In this document: positions 36,678 to 49,078 of the stretch, one piece after another
Numbering within the stretch: the first letter of the stretch is position 1
Layout: each line of letters starts with the position of its first letter
Origin: Squalus acanthias
Lineage: Eukaryota
Length of the DNA stretch: 64,000 nt
Direction: 5' to 3'
Assembly (NCBI GenBank): GCA_030390025.1
Contig: CM059432.1
Span: 73,596,001 to 73,660,000, forward strand
Notes under the pieces: generated by a model
Seen by the model: the letters and a program-made list of their open reading frames with translations, nothing else
Databases searched by the model: none
Told to the model about the DNA's origin: nothing
Program-made: the position numbers and the translations under genes

Positions 36678-37007
36678 TTTTTTAAATTTTTTAATATTTG
36701 TTCATGGGATGTGGCCGTCGCTGGCAAGGCCAGCATTTATTGCCCATCCCGAATTGCCCTTGAAGAGGTGGTGGTGAGCCGCTTTCTTGAACCGCTGCAG
36801 TCCATGTGGTGAAGGCATTCCCACAGTGCTGTTAGGGAGGGAGTTCCAGTATTATGACCCAGCGACGATGAAGGATCGGCGATATACTTCCAGGTCAGGA
36901 TGGTGTGTAACTTGGAGGGGAACTTGGAGGTGGTGGTGTTCCCATGCGCCTTCTGTCCTTGTCCTTCTAGGTGGTAGAGGTTCGCAGGTTTGGGAGGTGC
37001 TGCCGAA
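36678..37007 (-). mobile_element. 3' end of the second LINE family
   Basis: Reverse complement matches 5560-5882. Confidence 0.9.
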
Positions 37008-37208
37008 GGATAAAGAGGTAAGTATTCTGTTCCCCAGTGCTAATACCCCTCACCTGAGGCATTACAAAATTTTAGTAAACAGGAAAAATAATCCACAGAG
37101 GCAGCATTACTATGTTTCTAAGAATACTTCCTGTAGGATACTAATGGTGCAATTATGGATCCAATGCCTTTCAGTATGCTGTCTCTGCATGCATTTACAA
37201 CAAAAAGC

Positions 37209-38308
37209 AATTTACATTTATAGAGCGCATTTAACATAGCAAAACGTCCCAAGGCGCATAACAAGAGCAATATCAATAAACATATTTTTGACACCGAGCC
37301 ACAGAAGGAGCTATAAAGGACAGATGACCAAAAGTTTGGTCAATGAGGTAGGTTTTAAGCAGAGTTTTAAAGAGGAGAGAGAGATTGAGAGGGAGAGAGG
37401 TTTAGGGAGGGAATTCCAGAGCTTAGGGCCAAGGCAGCTGAAAGCACGGGCACAAATCGAGGATGCGCAAGAGGACAGAATGGGAGGAGCATAGAGATCT
37501 CGAAGGCTTGTGGGGCTGGAGGAGGTTACAGAGATAGGGAGGGGCGAGGCCATGGAGGGATTTGAAAACAAGGATGACGATTTTAAAACTGAGGCGTTGT
37601 CAGACCGGGAGCCAGTGTAGGTCAGCGAGCACAGGGGCGATGGGTGAACTAGACTTGGAGCGAGTTAAGATACGGGTAGCAGAGTTTTGGATGAGCACAA
37701 GTTTATGTAGGGTGGAAGATGGGAGACCGGCCAGGAGTGCGTTGGAATAGTCAAGTCTAGAGGTAACAAAGGCATGGATGAGGGTTTCAGCAGCAGATGA
37801 GCTGAGGCAGGACAGAGTTAGACGATATTACGGAGGCGGAAGTAGGCAGTCTTGGTGATGGAGCGGATATGTGGTCGGAAGCTCATCTCGAGGTCAAACA
37901 CAACACCAAGGTTGCGAACCGTCTGGATCAGCTTCAGACAGTTGCCAGGGATGGAAACAATGGCCAGGGAATGGAGTTTGTGGCGGGGACCAAAGACAAT
38001 GGCTTCAGTCTTCCCAATATTTAGTTGGAGGAAGTTTCTGCTCATCCAATATTGGATGTCAGACAAGCAGTCTGACAAATCAGAGACCATGGCTGGGTCC
38101 AGAGAGGTGGTGGTGAGATAGAGCTGAGTGTCATCAGCGTACACGTGGAATCTGATATCGTGTTTTTCTGTTGATATTGCCAAGGGGCAGCATATAGATG
38201 AGAAATAGAAGGGGGCCAAGGATAGATCCTTGAGACACTCGAGAGGTAACAGTGCGGGAATGGGAAGAGAAGCCATTGCAGGTGATTCTCTGGCTACAAT
38301 TCGATAGA
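37209..38308 (-). mobile_element. L2 LINE 3' portion
   Basis: FHVYADDTQLY, WMSRNFLQLNIGKTEAIVFG, VRNLGVVFD, AFSCLGPKLWNSLP, L2-type tail. Confidence 0.92.
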
Positions 38309-39089
38309 TAAAAATTTACATATGTGTATTGTCATCATATCAACACACTGCTAAACCATTGTATTCCACTTTTTCTAGTTAATATTAATTCCTGTCATGT
38401 TTCCCACCCCACTCTCCACCACCAAATTTTGTTTGATAGATAACTAGATGCTATTACATAATATATGGGCCATCACCACAAATTCTGATCAGGACAGAAA
38501 ATAAATAGAGTACAAGTGTAGAGCCTAGAATGTTGTGAGGTGCTTTAGCTTACACAGGCCAGAATGTTTCTTATCCAGTTATCTGGCTTTCCAACAGGCC
38601 GGGATCTATAAGATCAGAGCTCCCCTCCACATGGACCAGTATCTTCTTTTTCAGATGATTGCAATAAGTGAAGTAAAATAATGGCTCATCAAATTTAGAT
38701 TTTGTTCTGGGGTAGCAATAGGTATATACAGTGACTGATATAGACTGGAGAAATCAATTTTTTTTAAAATTGGGGAACAGTACACCAATCCAAAGTTGTT
38801 TATTATGTGTTTATTTTTACTTACGTAGCTGCAAAAAAAAATTGTGCTAAAAATATCTAATACAAGATGATAAAATAAATTTACCATTACAGATGTTTCC
38901 AGTGGTATACTGAAATCTTGCATGCCTCCATCTGGTCGGCGTATAGGCAGGTACCGGCCGGAGGTTTTCTACACACACTTTCATTATGTGTATGGGCACC
39001 AAAAAAAATTGAAGAAGTAAATTGTAATTGGACGGGAAAATATAAATTAAAAATAAATGCACCATCATTATCCTTGCTTAAAGTATGGA

Positions 39090-41731
39090 GGCTTAGAAAT
39101 CGGAACCATTAGCGCCGGCCGTTAAGGCCGGTTTTGAAGAAAAATGGTGGCCGCCTCGTTTCCGCCCACTTCAGCCGTGGAACGCGGTGGCCACCATATT
39201 AGGCAGGTCAGCAGCGCTGCCGTTGCCTGCGTTCGCCTCAAAATATTTTAATTATCAAGAGCATGATGTCAATCGGCATGCAACGCCGAATTGATGCACA
39301 CTAAGCAATTTTGGACGTCACCGTTCCTCCTACCACCCTTTCCAAAGCACGCTCATGCGTGCAGCCGTTGCCAGCGCGTAGACCCAGGAGAAAGCGGAGG
39401 AGCTCTACGCCAAAGGCTTCAATAACTATGCAGAGTATGTTCAGTCCAGTGAGATGGCTCATGGTGATTGCTGCAGAAACACATCAGAAACACATCAGCA
39501 GATTGAATGCCTGTTCTATGCACATTAGATGCCAGCACCCAACCAGAGCAGGTCAGCGAGTTCTGGCACGTAATATGTATAGAACAGCATGTGGTTACAA
39601 AGGGGGGAATTTTTCAGGGGTCAGCGGGTGCATTCGGTGGCGGGTTGGGTGGGAAAAAAAATCAACTGATGCTGCACAGGACAGAGGGCATCAGCACCCG
39701 ACCACATTGCTGCCCAGGATGCCAGAGATGGCCTCACCATGGCCAGATTTGCTTCACTTGACGTTGTACACTCTGGCTACCACATGATGTGCCAGGTTGG
39801 CACTACCCCATACCAACACCATAAAGCATCCCTACAATGCCCAAGCCATTCCTTTCACACTCATCACCATTGGAGGGGTACTGTTATGTCTCACCATTCA
39901 CTGCAACTCACTAAGCCACTTCCAAAGGTGCACACAAATCTGTCCAAGAACGCAAAGTGCTGAAAATAAGGTTTTCCATGTTTGACTCCACATTAACAGA
40001 AATTTCACATGAGCATTGCATAAAACACCCAAGTGCCTACCCTTGTGTGTTGTTAGTGGTATGATTGCACTAGGATGAGGGTGAGTGTGAGGGGTGGCTA
40101 GTGAGATGGGGAAGTGAAAATGTAGATAGAGAGGGATGGGTGGAGGTGCAAGGTAAGTTGGTGTGAGTAAGGATGTGCAGGAGTAGGGTAGGGAAGGCAG
40201 AGTGATGGGGATGTGATGAGTGGCACAGCAAGATGAGGTTGAGTGTGGCTTTGCAGTAACGTTTTGTGATCTACTGAGATCATTGAAAGGTTTGTGCCAC
40301 TGCAGCCTGGTCCTCCTGATGACATCCCTGCTTGTGCCCTCCTGTGCAATGTGCAACCAGGCTGCGTTGGTCTCCTGGGAAGGTCTCTTATGCCCATTGG
40401 AAAGGAAGAGAACCTCCCAGCGTGCTGTGACTCCCTCCATAAGCATATGGAGGGAGTCATGGGAGAGCCTGGGTGCTGCCGTGAATCTCTGTGCAGTGCT
40501 TGTCAATGTTTGCAGGACCTCAATGCTGTAGAACACTGACAGCACAACTATCCAAATCAATTTGTGCATGGTCCCTTTAAGGAAACTGGCTGATGACGCG
40601 TCATCAAATGACGCCATCAGACCCGCTTCCTTCAATTGGCCGGCAAATGCGCTGGGCGGGCTTAACAAGCCCAATCAACATAAAAACATTCTACAGAGCG
40701 GGCTGGAGCCAACAGTGGGGTCAGGACCCGCCACCGACATCGCCTGCCCTGGATCCACCGAGGTAGGGGAAATCGCGGCTAAATTTTCTGGGGGACTTGT
40801 ACTGCATCTAAAGGCCTGATCCATTACTGTCGGTCAGTTGTGTAACGTAAGATGTACACGTATACCAGATTTTCAAATCTTACTAATAAGCGCTTGCAGT
40901 TGTGTCAGTAAACTGGAAATGAAATGATATTTGTGCTTTGTAAATATTTACTGTTATTGTTACAAACGTTGTATTGAATATGCATCCTGTCCCTCTGAAG
41001 TAACAGGTGTGAGCTTATTACATTTTCAATTAAAGGAGACCCAATGACATTTTCCTGTTTTTGAAGGAATTTGTACATCTGCATTTACTGGTATCGATAT
41101 TCAGGTGTTCAGGGTATCCAGTAAACTTTTCACATCTCTTGGTCTATTCAGGGAGGAATCATGGATCACCTGTGCCGGCTCTGACGTCCAGTATTGCAAA
41201 CAAATCTCCCAATTCCAGTACACCATTGCCCTTTCAAAATGCTTATCCGGGTACTTTCTCGAGAGATATGCTCCTAAAACAACTTACAGTGAAAAGCCTC
41301 TGTAATAACAAAGGTATTCACTATGTATGTGCATTAAAAGAATAAGTTGCTTTTATTTGTATTCTTGGGAGTAGAATCGGAAATATTGGTTGCATTCTTT
41401 AAAATATGACAGTTTAGTCTATTTTTAGGCTTCGATTTATCCTGCATACCCTCTCTGTCAACCAAGAAACATAACTGGAAACATTGCACTTCACTTTAAT
41501 AAATTGCGATTTCCTGAGAATGCTGCACAGATAGATTAGACCCGACCTTTGGCCTCCTGCTGATTTTACCGCCTGAAGGAACGTGTTGTACGGGAGTATC
41601 TCCGCTGTGCTCATTTAAATCAGCAGGCAGCACCAAAGTAACAGTGCTGCCTGCACTCTTTTTACAGATGGCCGTTAACCTTAGGCCGCGGCGGCACTGC
41701 CTGTTTTCGGGCTTTATCGAATTTCTAGGCC
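39090..41731 (+). mobile_element. Non-autonomous Harbinger, copy A
   Basis: TIR GGCTTAGAAATC / AATTTCTAGGCC; flanks GGA/AGA; left end resembles 12569; colinear with copy B (42786-45856). Confidence 0.85.
39602..40780 (-). mobile_element. Deleted Harbinger nested in copy A, with Myb/SANT exon 1 on the minus strand
   Basis: Absent from copy B (empty site GGTTACAAA at 44981-44989); TSD AAA; AAPRLSHDSLHMLMEGV...EVLF...W..IAQE...R...QWHKPFNDL. Confidence 0.85.
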
Positions 41732-42130
41732 AGAACTTTTAGTTGTACACTTTTACAAACCATGGCTTCCATTCTGTGTGGGTGGTGGGTGGAGATGAAC
41801 AGTTCTCTCAACTTATTTCAAGTGTATCTCCTGTTGCTTTCAGTTACAGAGTGGCATTAATAGCAGTAATGAAGACATGCATGGGCTAGACCATCCCGTT
41901 CTCCCCGAAGAAGGAAGCTGTGTGGAGGGGAATGTTTTCTGAAAAATGAAAGTGAAATGGGAACACAAATTATGGTTTGTTTGAAAAATCAAGCCTTTGT
42001 AAATTAACTATAAAAGCAATACTATTTACAGTAATGTTTGTTCTGCATTTCAGGATAATGACGACATTACTGGATGATAGAATTGGTTTCATTTTATACA
42101 ACATCCTATCCAACTATATATAGAAACTAA

Positions 42131-42408
42131 AGGGGTGTTTTCTGACGTCCAAGGAGGCGGGAAAGGCGGGAAAATCGGAAAAAATGAGTGCTGGTTCGGA
42201 CCCCACCTCAGGCTGGAAAAGTGATGTCAGCAGAAGCGAGTTTCAGTCCCAAAACACTAATTAACCAAGGGCATTCCACAACTCTGAAATCAAGTGGCCA
42301 ATCAGGGGAAAAATCGCAATTTTTTGAAAACTCTCAGTGGAGGCGTGTTTCAAACCCACCCAAACCGAAACCCGCCTCCATCTCACCTCCAGTGGAAAAA
42401 TCGCCCCC
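42131..42408. mobile_element. Short Harbinger MITE made of the two ends of the 1-1434 / 58045-60483 family
   Basis: Left end matches the reverse complement of 60390-60480; right end matches 1121-1434; flanks TAA/TCA. Confidence 0.8.
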
Positions 42409-42785
42409 TCAATATCAACTGTAACCATGGTTACATTCTCTTTACAAAACACACTCTTCCTTTCCAAGGATTACTTGGTTTATGCATGCTCTTAAATAGC
42501 TGTATTTACAATGAGTAAGCTATCCTGTTAAGTGCAGAGGTATAGTTTGTTCAATATGTTGCAACATGTGCAAATTGTTGGGATTCATGAAGAATTATAA
42601 TCCATAATAGATTTTAAATTGATTCAATTACTTTTCAGCAGTGTCAGCCATTTCAACTATGAAAGCATCGTCAGTATGCTATAAATGATTAATTGTACAG
42701 AACACATATCATAAACGGGAAATACCTTAATAATAATGAAACAAAATCAAAAGCCATGCTCTTTGCAATATAAATGTAGGGCTGT

Positions 42786-45700
42786 GGATTAGAAATTGGA
42801 ACCTTTAGCGCCGGCCGTTAAGGTCGGTTTTGAAGAAAAAATGGTGGCCGCCTTGCTTCCACACACAGAACGGGGTGGCCGCCATATTGGGCAGGTTGGC
42901 AGCGCTGCGCTCGCCACAAATATTTTAATGATCAAGAGCGTGACGTCAATCGGCATGCAACGCCAAATTGACACACGTTCAGCGATTTTGGATGTCGCTG
43001 CTCCTCTTACCGCCTTCTCCAAAGCATGCCACATGCGTGCAGCAATTGCCAGCATGTAGAGCCGGGAGAAAGTGGCGGAGATACAAAATCTTCAATAACT
43101 ATGCAGAGTATGTCCAGTCCAGTGAAGTGGCTCAATGAAATGGCAGAGCAATTAAATAAATACTTTGGTTCTGTCTTCATGGAAGAGGACACAAATAACT
43201 TCCCAGAAATGCGAGGGAACCAAGGGACTAGTGAGAAGGAAGAATTAAAGGAAATTAGTATTAGTAAAAAAATAGTGCTGGTGAAATTAATGGGACTGAA
43301 AGCCGCTAAATCCCCAGGGCCTGATAATCTGCATCCCAGAGTACTAAAAGAGGTATCCATGGAAATAGTGGATGCATTGGTTGTCATCTTCTAAAATTCT
43401 ACAGATTATGGAACAGTTCCTGCAGATTGGAGGGTGGCAAATGTAACCCCACTATTTAAAAAAGGAGGGAGAGAGAAAACAGGGAACTACAGACTGGTTA
43501 GCCCAACATCAATCGTAGGGAAAATTCTAGAGTCTATTATAAAGGGTGTGATAATAGGACACTTAGAAAATATCACTGGGATTAGACAAAGTCAACACGG
43601 ATTTATGAAAGGGAAATCGTGTTTGACAAACCTACTGGAGTTTTTTGAGGATGTAACTGGTAGAATAGATAAGGGAGAACCAGTGGATGTGGTGTATTTG
43701 GATTTTCAAAAGGCCTTTGATAAAGTCCCACATAAGAGGTTAGTGTGCAAAATTAAAGCACCTGGGATTGGGGTAATATACTGGCATGGATTGAAAACTG
43801 GTTAACAGGCAGGAAACAGAGTAGGAATAAATGGGTCTTTTTCAGGGTGGCAGGCGGTGACTAGTGGGGTACCGCAGGGATCAGTGCTTGGGCCCCAACT
43901 ATTCACAATATATATCAATGATTTGGATGAGGGAACCAAATGTAATATTTCCAAGTTTGCTGATGACACAAAACTAGGTGGGATTGTGAGTTGTGAGGAG
44001 GATGCAAAGAGGCTTCAAGGCGATTTAGACAAGTTGAGTGAGTGGGCAAATACATGGCAGATGCAGTATAACTTGGATAAATGTGAAGTTATCCACTTCG
44101 GTAGGAAAAACAGAAAGGCAGAGTATTATTTAAATGGTGATAGATTGGGAAATGTTGATGTACAGAGGGACCTGGGTGTCCTTGTACACCAGTCACTGAA
44201 AGCAAATATGCAGGTGCAGCAAGCAGTTAGGAAGGCAAATGGTATGTTGGCCTTTATTGCAAGAGGATTTGAGTACAGGAGCAAGGATGTCTTACTAGAG
44301 TTATACAGGGCCTTGGTGAGACCACACCTGAAGTACTGTGTGCAGTTTTGATCTCCTTACCCAAGAAAGGATATACTTGCCATAGAGGGAGTGCAGTGAA
44401 GGTTCACCAGACTGATTCCTGAGATGGCAGGACTGTCGTATGAGGAGATATTGGGTCGACTAGGCCTGTATTCACTAGAGTTTAGAAGAATGAGAGGGGA
44501 TCTCATTGAAACGTATAAAATTCTGACAGGGCTAGACAGACTGGATGCCGGGAGGATGTTTCCCCTGGCTGGGGGGTCTAGAACGAGGGGTCAGTGTCTC
44601 AGGATATGGGGTAGGACATTTAGGACTGAGATGAGGAGAAATTTCTTCACTCAGAGGGTGGTGAACCTGTGGAATTCTCTACCACAGAAGGCTGTGGAGG
44701 CCAAGTCACTGAATATATTTAAGAAGGAGATAGATTTCTAGACACAAAAGGCATCAAGGGGTATGGGGAGAGAGCGGGAATATGGTATTGAGATAGAGGA
44801 TCAGCCATCATCATATTGAATGGTGGAGCAGGCCAAAGGGCCTACTCCTGCTCCTATTTTTCTATGTTTCTCTGTTTCTAAATCACCAGATTGAAGGCCT
44901 GTTCTATACACGTTACATGCCAGCACTCAATCGGAGCAGGTCAGTGAGTTCTGGCACGTAATGTTTACAGAACAGCATGTGGTTACAAACAGTCTGGGGG
45001 ACTTGTACTGCATCTAAAGGCCTGATCCATTACTGTTGCTTCCAGTTGTTTCAGTAAACTGGAAATGAAATGATATTTGGGCTTTGTAAATGTTTACTGT
45101 TATTGTTCCAAACGTCCGTATTGAATATGCATCCTGTCCCTCTGAAGTAACAGGCGTGAGCTTATTACATTTTCAATTAAAGGAGACTTTCCTGTTTCTG
45201 AAGGAATTTGTTCATCTGCATTTACTGGTATCGATATTCAGCTGTTCAGGGTCTCCAGTAAACTTTTCACATCTCTTGGTCTATTCAGGGAGGAATCATG
45301 GATCACCTGTGCCGGCTCTGACACCCAGGCCGAGAAATTTGAGTAAGCCTGAAAACGGGCAGTGCCACTGTGGGCCAAGGTTAACGGTCACCCGTAAAAG
45401 GAACGCAGGCAGCACCGTTACTTTGGTGCTGCTTACTGATTTAAACGAGCACAGCGCAGATACTCCCGTGCAACGAGATCTTTCAGGTGGTAAGATCAGC
45501 AGGAGGCCGAAGGTCGGGTCTAATCTATCTGTGCGGCTTTTTCTGGAAATCGCGAATTATTAAAGTGAAGTGCAATGTTTCCAGTTATGTTTCTCGGTTG
45601 ACAAGAGGGTATGCAAGATAAATCAAAGCCTAAAAATACACTAATTTGTCATATTTTAAAGAATGCAACCAATATTTTCGATTCTACTCCCTAGAATACA

Positions 45701-45856
45701 AATAAAAGCAACCTATTCTTTTAATGCACATACATAGTGAATACCTCTGTTATTACACTGCAAGTCTTTTTAGCAGTATATCTCTCTAGAAAGTACCCGG
45801 ATAAGCATTTTGAAAGGGCAATTGTGTACTGGAATTGGGAGATTTGTTTGCAATAC
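42786..45856 (+). mobile_element. Non-autonomous Harbinger, copy B, with a CR1 insertion and an inverted terminal segment
   Basis: 42786-43136 and 44880-45327 are colinear with copy A; 45328-45856 is the reverse complement of 41191-41731. Confidence 0.85.
43137..44879 (+). mobile_element. CR1 LINE (HER1-like), 5'-truncated, in copy B
   Basis: [37 protein letters not shown]1 tail; ~35 nt of target present in copy A is missing. Confidence 0.95.
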
Positions 45857-46165
45857 TAGGGCCTAGAAATTGGATATGGCCATGAAACAGGCAGTGTTAA
45901 GGCCCAACGATGTTAATCTGTGCCAGGTAAAAATGGTCGAGGTAGCACGCAAAATCTGTGCTCAGTCCTCATTAACATGATTGTAGTCTTGATCTCAGCA
46001 CTAAAACCGCTGCTCATTGGCTTACTGCTCAACAGGTGGGCCAACATCAGGCACAGTCTAATTCCCAGTCATGTTTTCCACACGCTTTATTCAGTACTTA
46101 AAGGGGAGGTGCATTGATGCTACAGCATCTAATTGTCAAGCCACTTATAACTTCAGTGCAAACAC

Positions 46166-47849
46166 ATGGCAGAGATTCAGCACAGGAAGAGAGCCTGCAG
46201 ATTTTCCGACATGGCTCGAGGCACTGGTTGTGGCCATGGAGAGGAGGCGGGCTGTCCTCTTCCCACACACTGGCAGGAAGCCCTCGCCATACACCTCTCA
46301 AAAGCTCTGGCAGGAGATAGCTGCCCTTGTCACGGCCAGTGCTGTGGTGCCAAAGTCAGCCATCCAGTGCCGAAGTAAGTTTAATGACCTCACACAGCAG
46401 GTCAAGGTGAGTGAAGGCTTCAGCAAATTCCATATCCCACCATCTGCACCACAAGCCTCACACACTGCTCAATGCACCACACCCCCAGTATTCACCTACC
46501 AACAATCTCTACCTTTCTTCACTCAGACCTCACAATCATAGTTTCACTTCACCCTCACAACCTTACCACTGCTGCAACACTCACACCCACATCTCGCACC
46601 TTGGACACACTGACAGCTATTCAACCATGGCAGGCACATCACCCAAACACATTGCACCACACTAACTCACACAGTTCTCTTTCTCTTGCAGGCCAAGGTC
46701 GTGCACAATCGGAGAGAGCAGCGGCAGACAGGTGGGGGGCAAGCTGCCATCCAGGACCTCAGCCAGCTGGCAGAGAGAGTGCTGGAGATCATTGGGCGGC
46801 AGACAATAGAGGCCGTGGAAACCGGCGAGGTTCAATCCCCTTGGGGACAACAACAGTCTGCTCATTCCTAATCCTTCTTCTCACATCCCACTTCCTCCTC
46901 ATCCCACAATCTCTTCTCACTTTCAAGCTGCTGACACTATATGCATGCATATCTTGCTTCCCCCAACCCCCCACATCCCCTTACCATAACTCAACTCTTG
47001 TGACTTTATGCTTTCAGCTAATCAAGACCAAGCACCCGAGCAGCCTGTCCCTGAGGTGATGCAGGAGAGCGAGGGGAAGGAGAAGAAGAAGACGACAACA
47101 CAGTTTCACTGCATCTGTCACTCATAGACACCAGCACAGAAACTGGCACTGCACGTAATTTAGAGGCTAGTGTAGAAGCGGGATCTGCACAGGGTGAGGC
47201 ACGGGGCACGAGTGGGCTACAGCAAGGCCGGGGGAAAGGGTAGCTCGGGGGCAGCTCCCCAGAGGGCGAGGTCGCGCGCGAGTTCTGCTGCACAAGACTC
47301 AGATGAGGACCTTGATGGGGTGACCTTCAGAAGAAGAGTGATGGGCATGCACACTGAATCGCTAGGTGCAATGGCAAGCCTGCCAGAGAGCCTCTTGGCA
47401 ATGTCAAGGAGCATGGAGGAGTCCGCCTCCAACATTGCGCGGGGCTTTGCTCAGAGCTTGGAGCCCAGGAATTCCAGGCTGGAAATGATGGAAAACTCCC
47501 GAAGAAATCGTGTTGAGACAGACATGATGCTGCATGTGAGGGGCAATGTCGCGGCTGCCATTGCAGCACAGGCAGAAGTGACCCAATGTCTTAGTGCTGC
47601 AGCGGAAGTGTAGACCGCTCTAATGCAGTCTCAGCTTGCTGCCACCCAAGCTCAGACTGCTGCCGTCACGGCTGGGTTTATCACTGTCGACCGGGGCTTG
47701 CAGGGTGTCGCAGCAGCCCAGCAATCTGTGCTGCAACAAATAGCGAGGAATTAAGGCTCATGGAATAGGTGGGTCAGTGGCAGCTTAGATAAGGAATTGG
47801 CTTAAGGACAGAAAACAGTGAGTTGTAGTAAATGGCTGTTTTTCCAGAC

Positions 47850-47891
<42 letters not shown>

Positions 47892-49050
47892 GACCTAGAT
47901 ATTGGAATACAGAGTAGTGGCAAATGGAATTTAATACAGAGAAGTGCGAGGTGATGCATTTTGGCAGAAGGAACAGGGAGAGGCAATATACACTTAATGG
48001 CACAGTTTTAAAGAGTGTGCAGGGACAGAGGGACCTGGGAGTTAATGTGCATAGGTCCCTGAAGATGGCAGGACATATTGAGAGAGTGGTTAGCAAAGCA
48101 TATGGGATCTTGGGTTTCATAAATAGAGGTATTGAGTACAAAAGTAGAGAAGTTATGCTGAACCTTTATAAAGCGCTGGTTGGGCCACAACTGGAGTATT
48201 GCATCCAGTTCTGGTCACCACACTTTAGGAAGGATGTGAAGGCTCTTGAGAGGGTGCAGAGGAGATTTACCAGAATGGTTCCAGGGATGGGGGATCTTAG
48301 CTACAAGGACAGGTTGGAGAAGCTAGATTTGTTTTCATTAGAGCAAAGAAGGTCGAGGGGTGATTTGATAGAGGTGTATAAGATTATGACGGGTTTGGAT
48401 AGGCTAGACGGGGAAAGGCTGTTTCCACTAGTTGATGGTACAAGGACTAGGGGACACAGATTTAAGGTTTTGGGCAAGAGATACAGGGGGGACGTGAGGA
48501 AAAACTTTTTTACACAGCGAGTGGTGAGGACTTGGAACTCGCTGCCGACGGAAGTGGTGGAAGGGAGACACTCAATGTTTTCAAGGGGAGACTGGATAGG
48601 CACTTGAGGGAAATAAACTTGCAGGGCTACGGGGATAGAGCGGGGGAATGGGATTGACTGGATTGCTCTACAGATGGCTGGCACGGACTCGATGGGCCGA
48701 ATGGCCTCCTTCTGTGCCTAGGACTCTAGGACTCTATGAATGCTAAGGCACCGTCCCGGGGGAGTGGCAGTCCGTCAGTGGAGCAGGACCCTGCTGTCCT
48801 CTCTCAGGAAGACAGCAATCATGTTCCCACCACTGTCACTCCACATTGCCCTTGCTGCTGCCTGTCAGCCAGCCAGCCCAGACTGCTGCTGCCCATGGCG
48901 AGGTGGCGCAGTCTACAGCCAAGTCTTCTATGGCAGAGCTGCTCGAGGTTGTCTTGCAAAGCCATCTGAAGTCTCCCCCATGGAAACCAGCCTTCCACCA
49001 GCCATGCTGCAGCCACTGGTGGAACACTACATAGGAGCACTAGATCAGGA
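46166..49050 (+). pseudogene. Myb/SANT-like gene of element C, three exons (46166-46406, 46692-46855, 47018-...)
   Basis: LEALVVAMERRRAVLFP...LWQEIA...KSAIQCRSKFNDLTQQVK|GTGAGT; TTGCAG|AKVVHNRREQRQTGGG; exon 3 interrupted by a CR1. Confidence 0.85.
47752..48737 (+). mobile_element. CR1 LINE 3' portion inserted in Myb exon 3
   Basis: MEFNTEKCEVMHFG...GPQLEYCIQFW; tail CTAGGACTCTAGGACTCTAT; short TSD GAAT (47748-47751, 48738-48741); (TA)n at ~47855-47884. Confidence 0.9.
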
Positions 49051-49078
49051 ATGAGCACTGTTGTAATGTGGGAGCAGT

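Noticed and set aside
41843..41942. Candidate host exon after CTGTTGCTTTCAG (LQSGINSSNEDMHGLDHPVLPEEG...)
   Set aside because: No recognisable homology, stops in all three frames within 100 nt and no partner exon.
39090..45856. Segmental duplication or assembly artefact (A vs B)
   Set aside because: Similarity stops exactly at the TIRs, and the copies differ by many substitutions and by independent insertions. They are two transposon copies.
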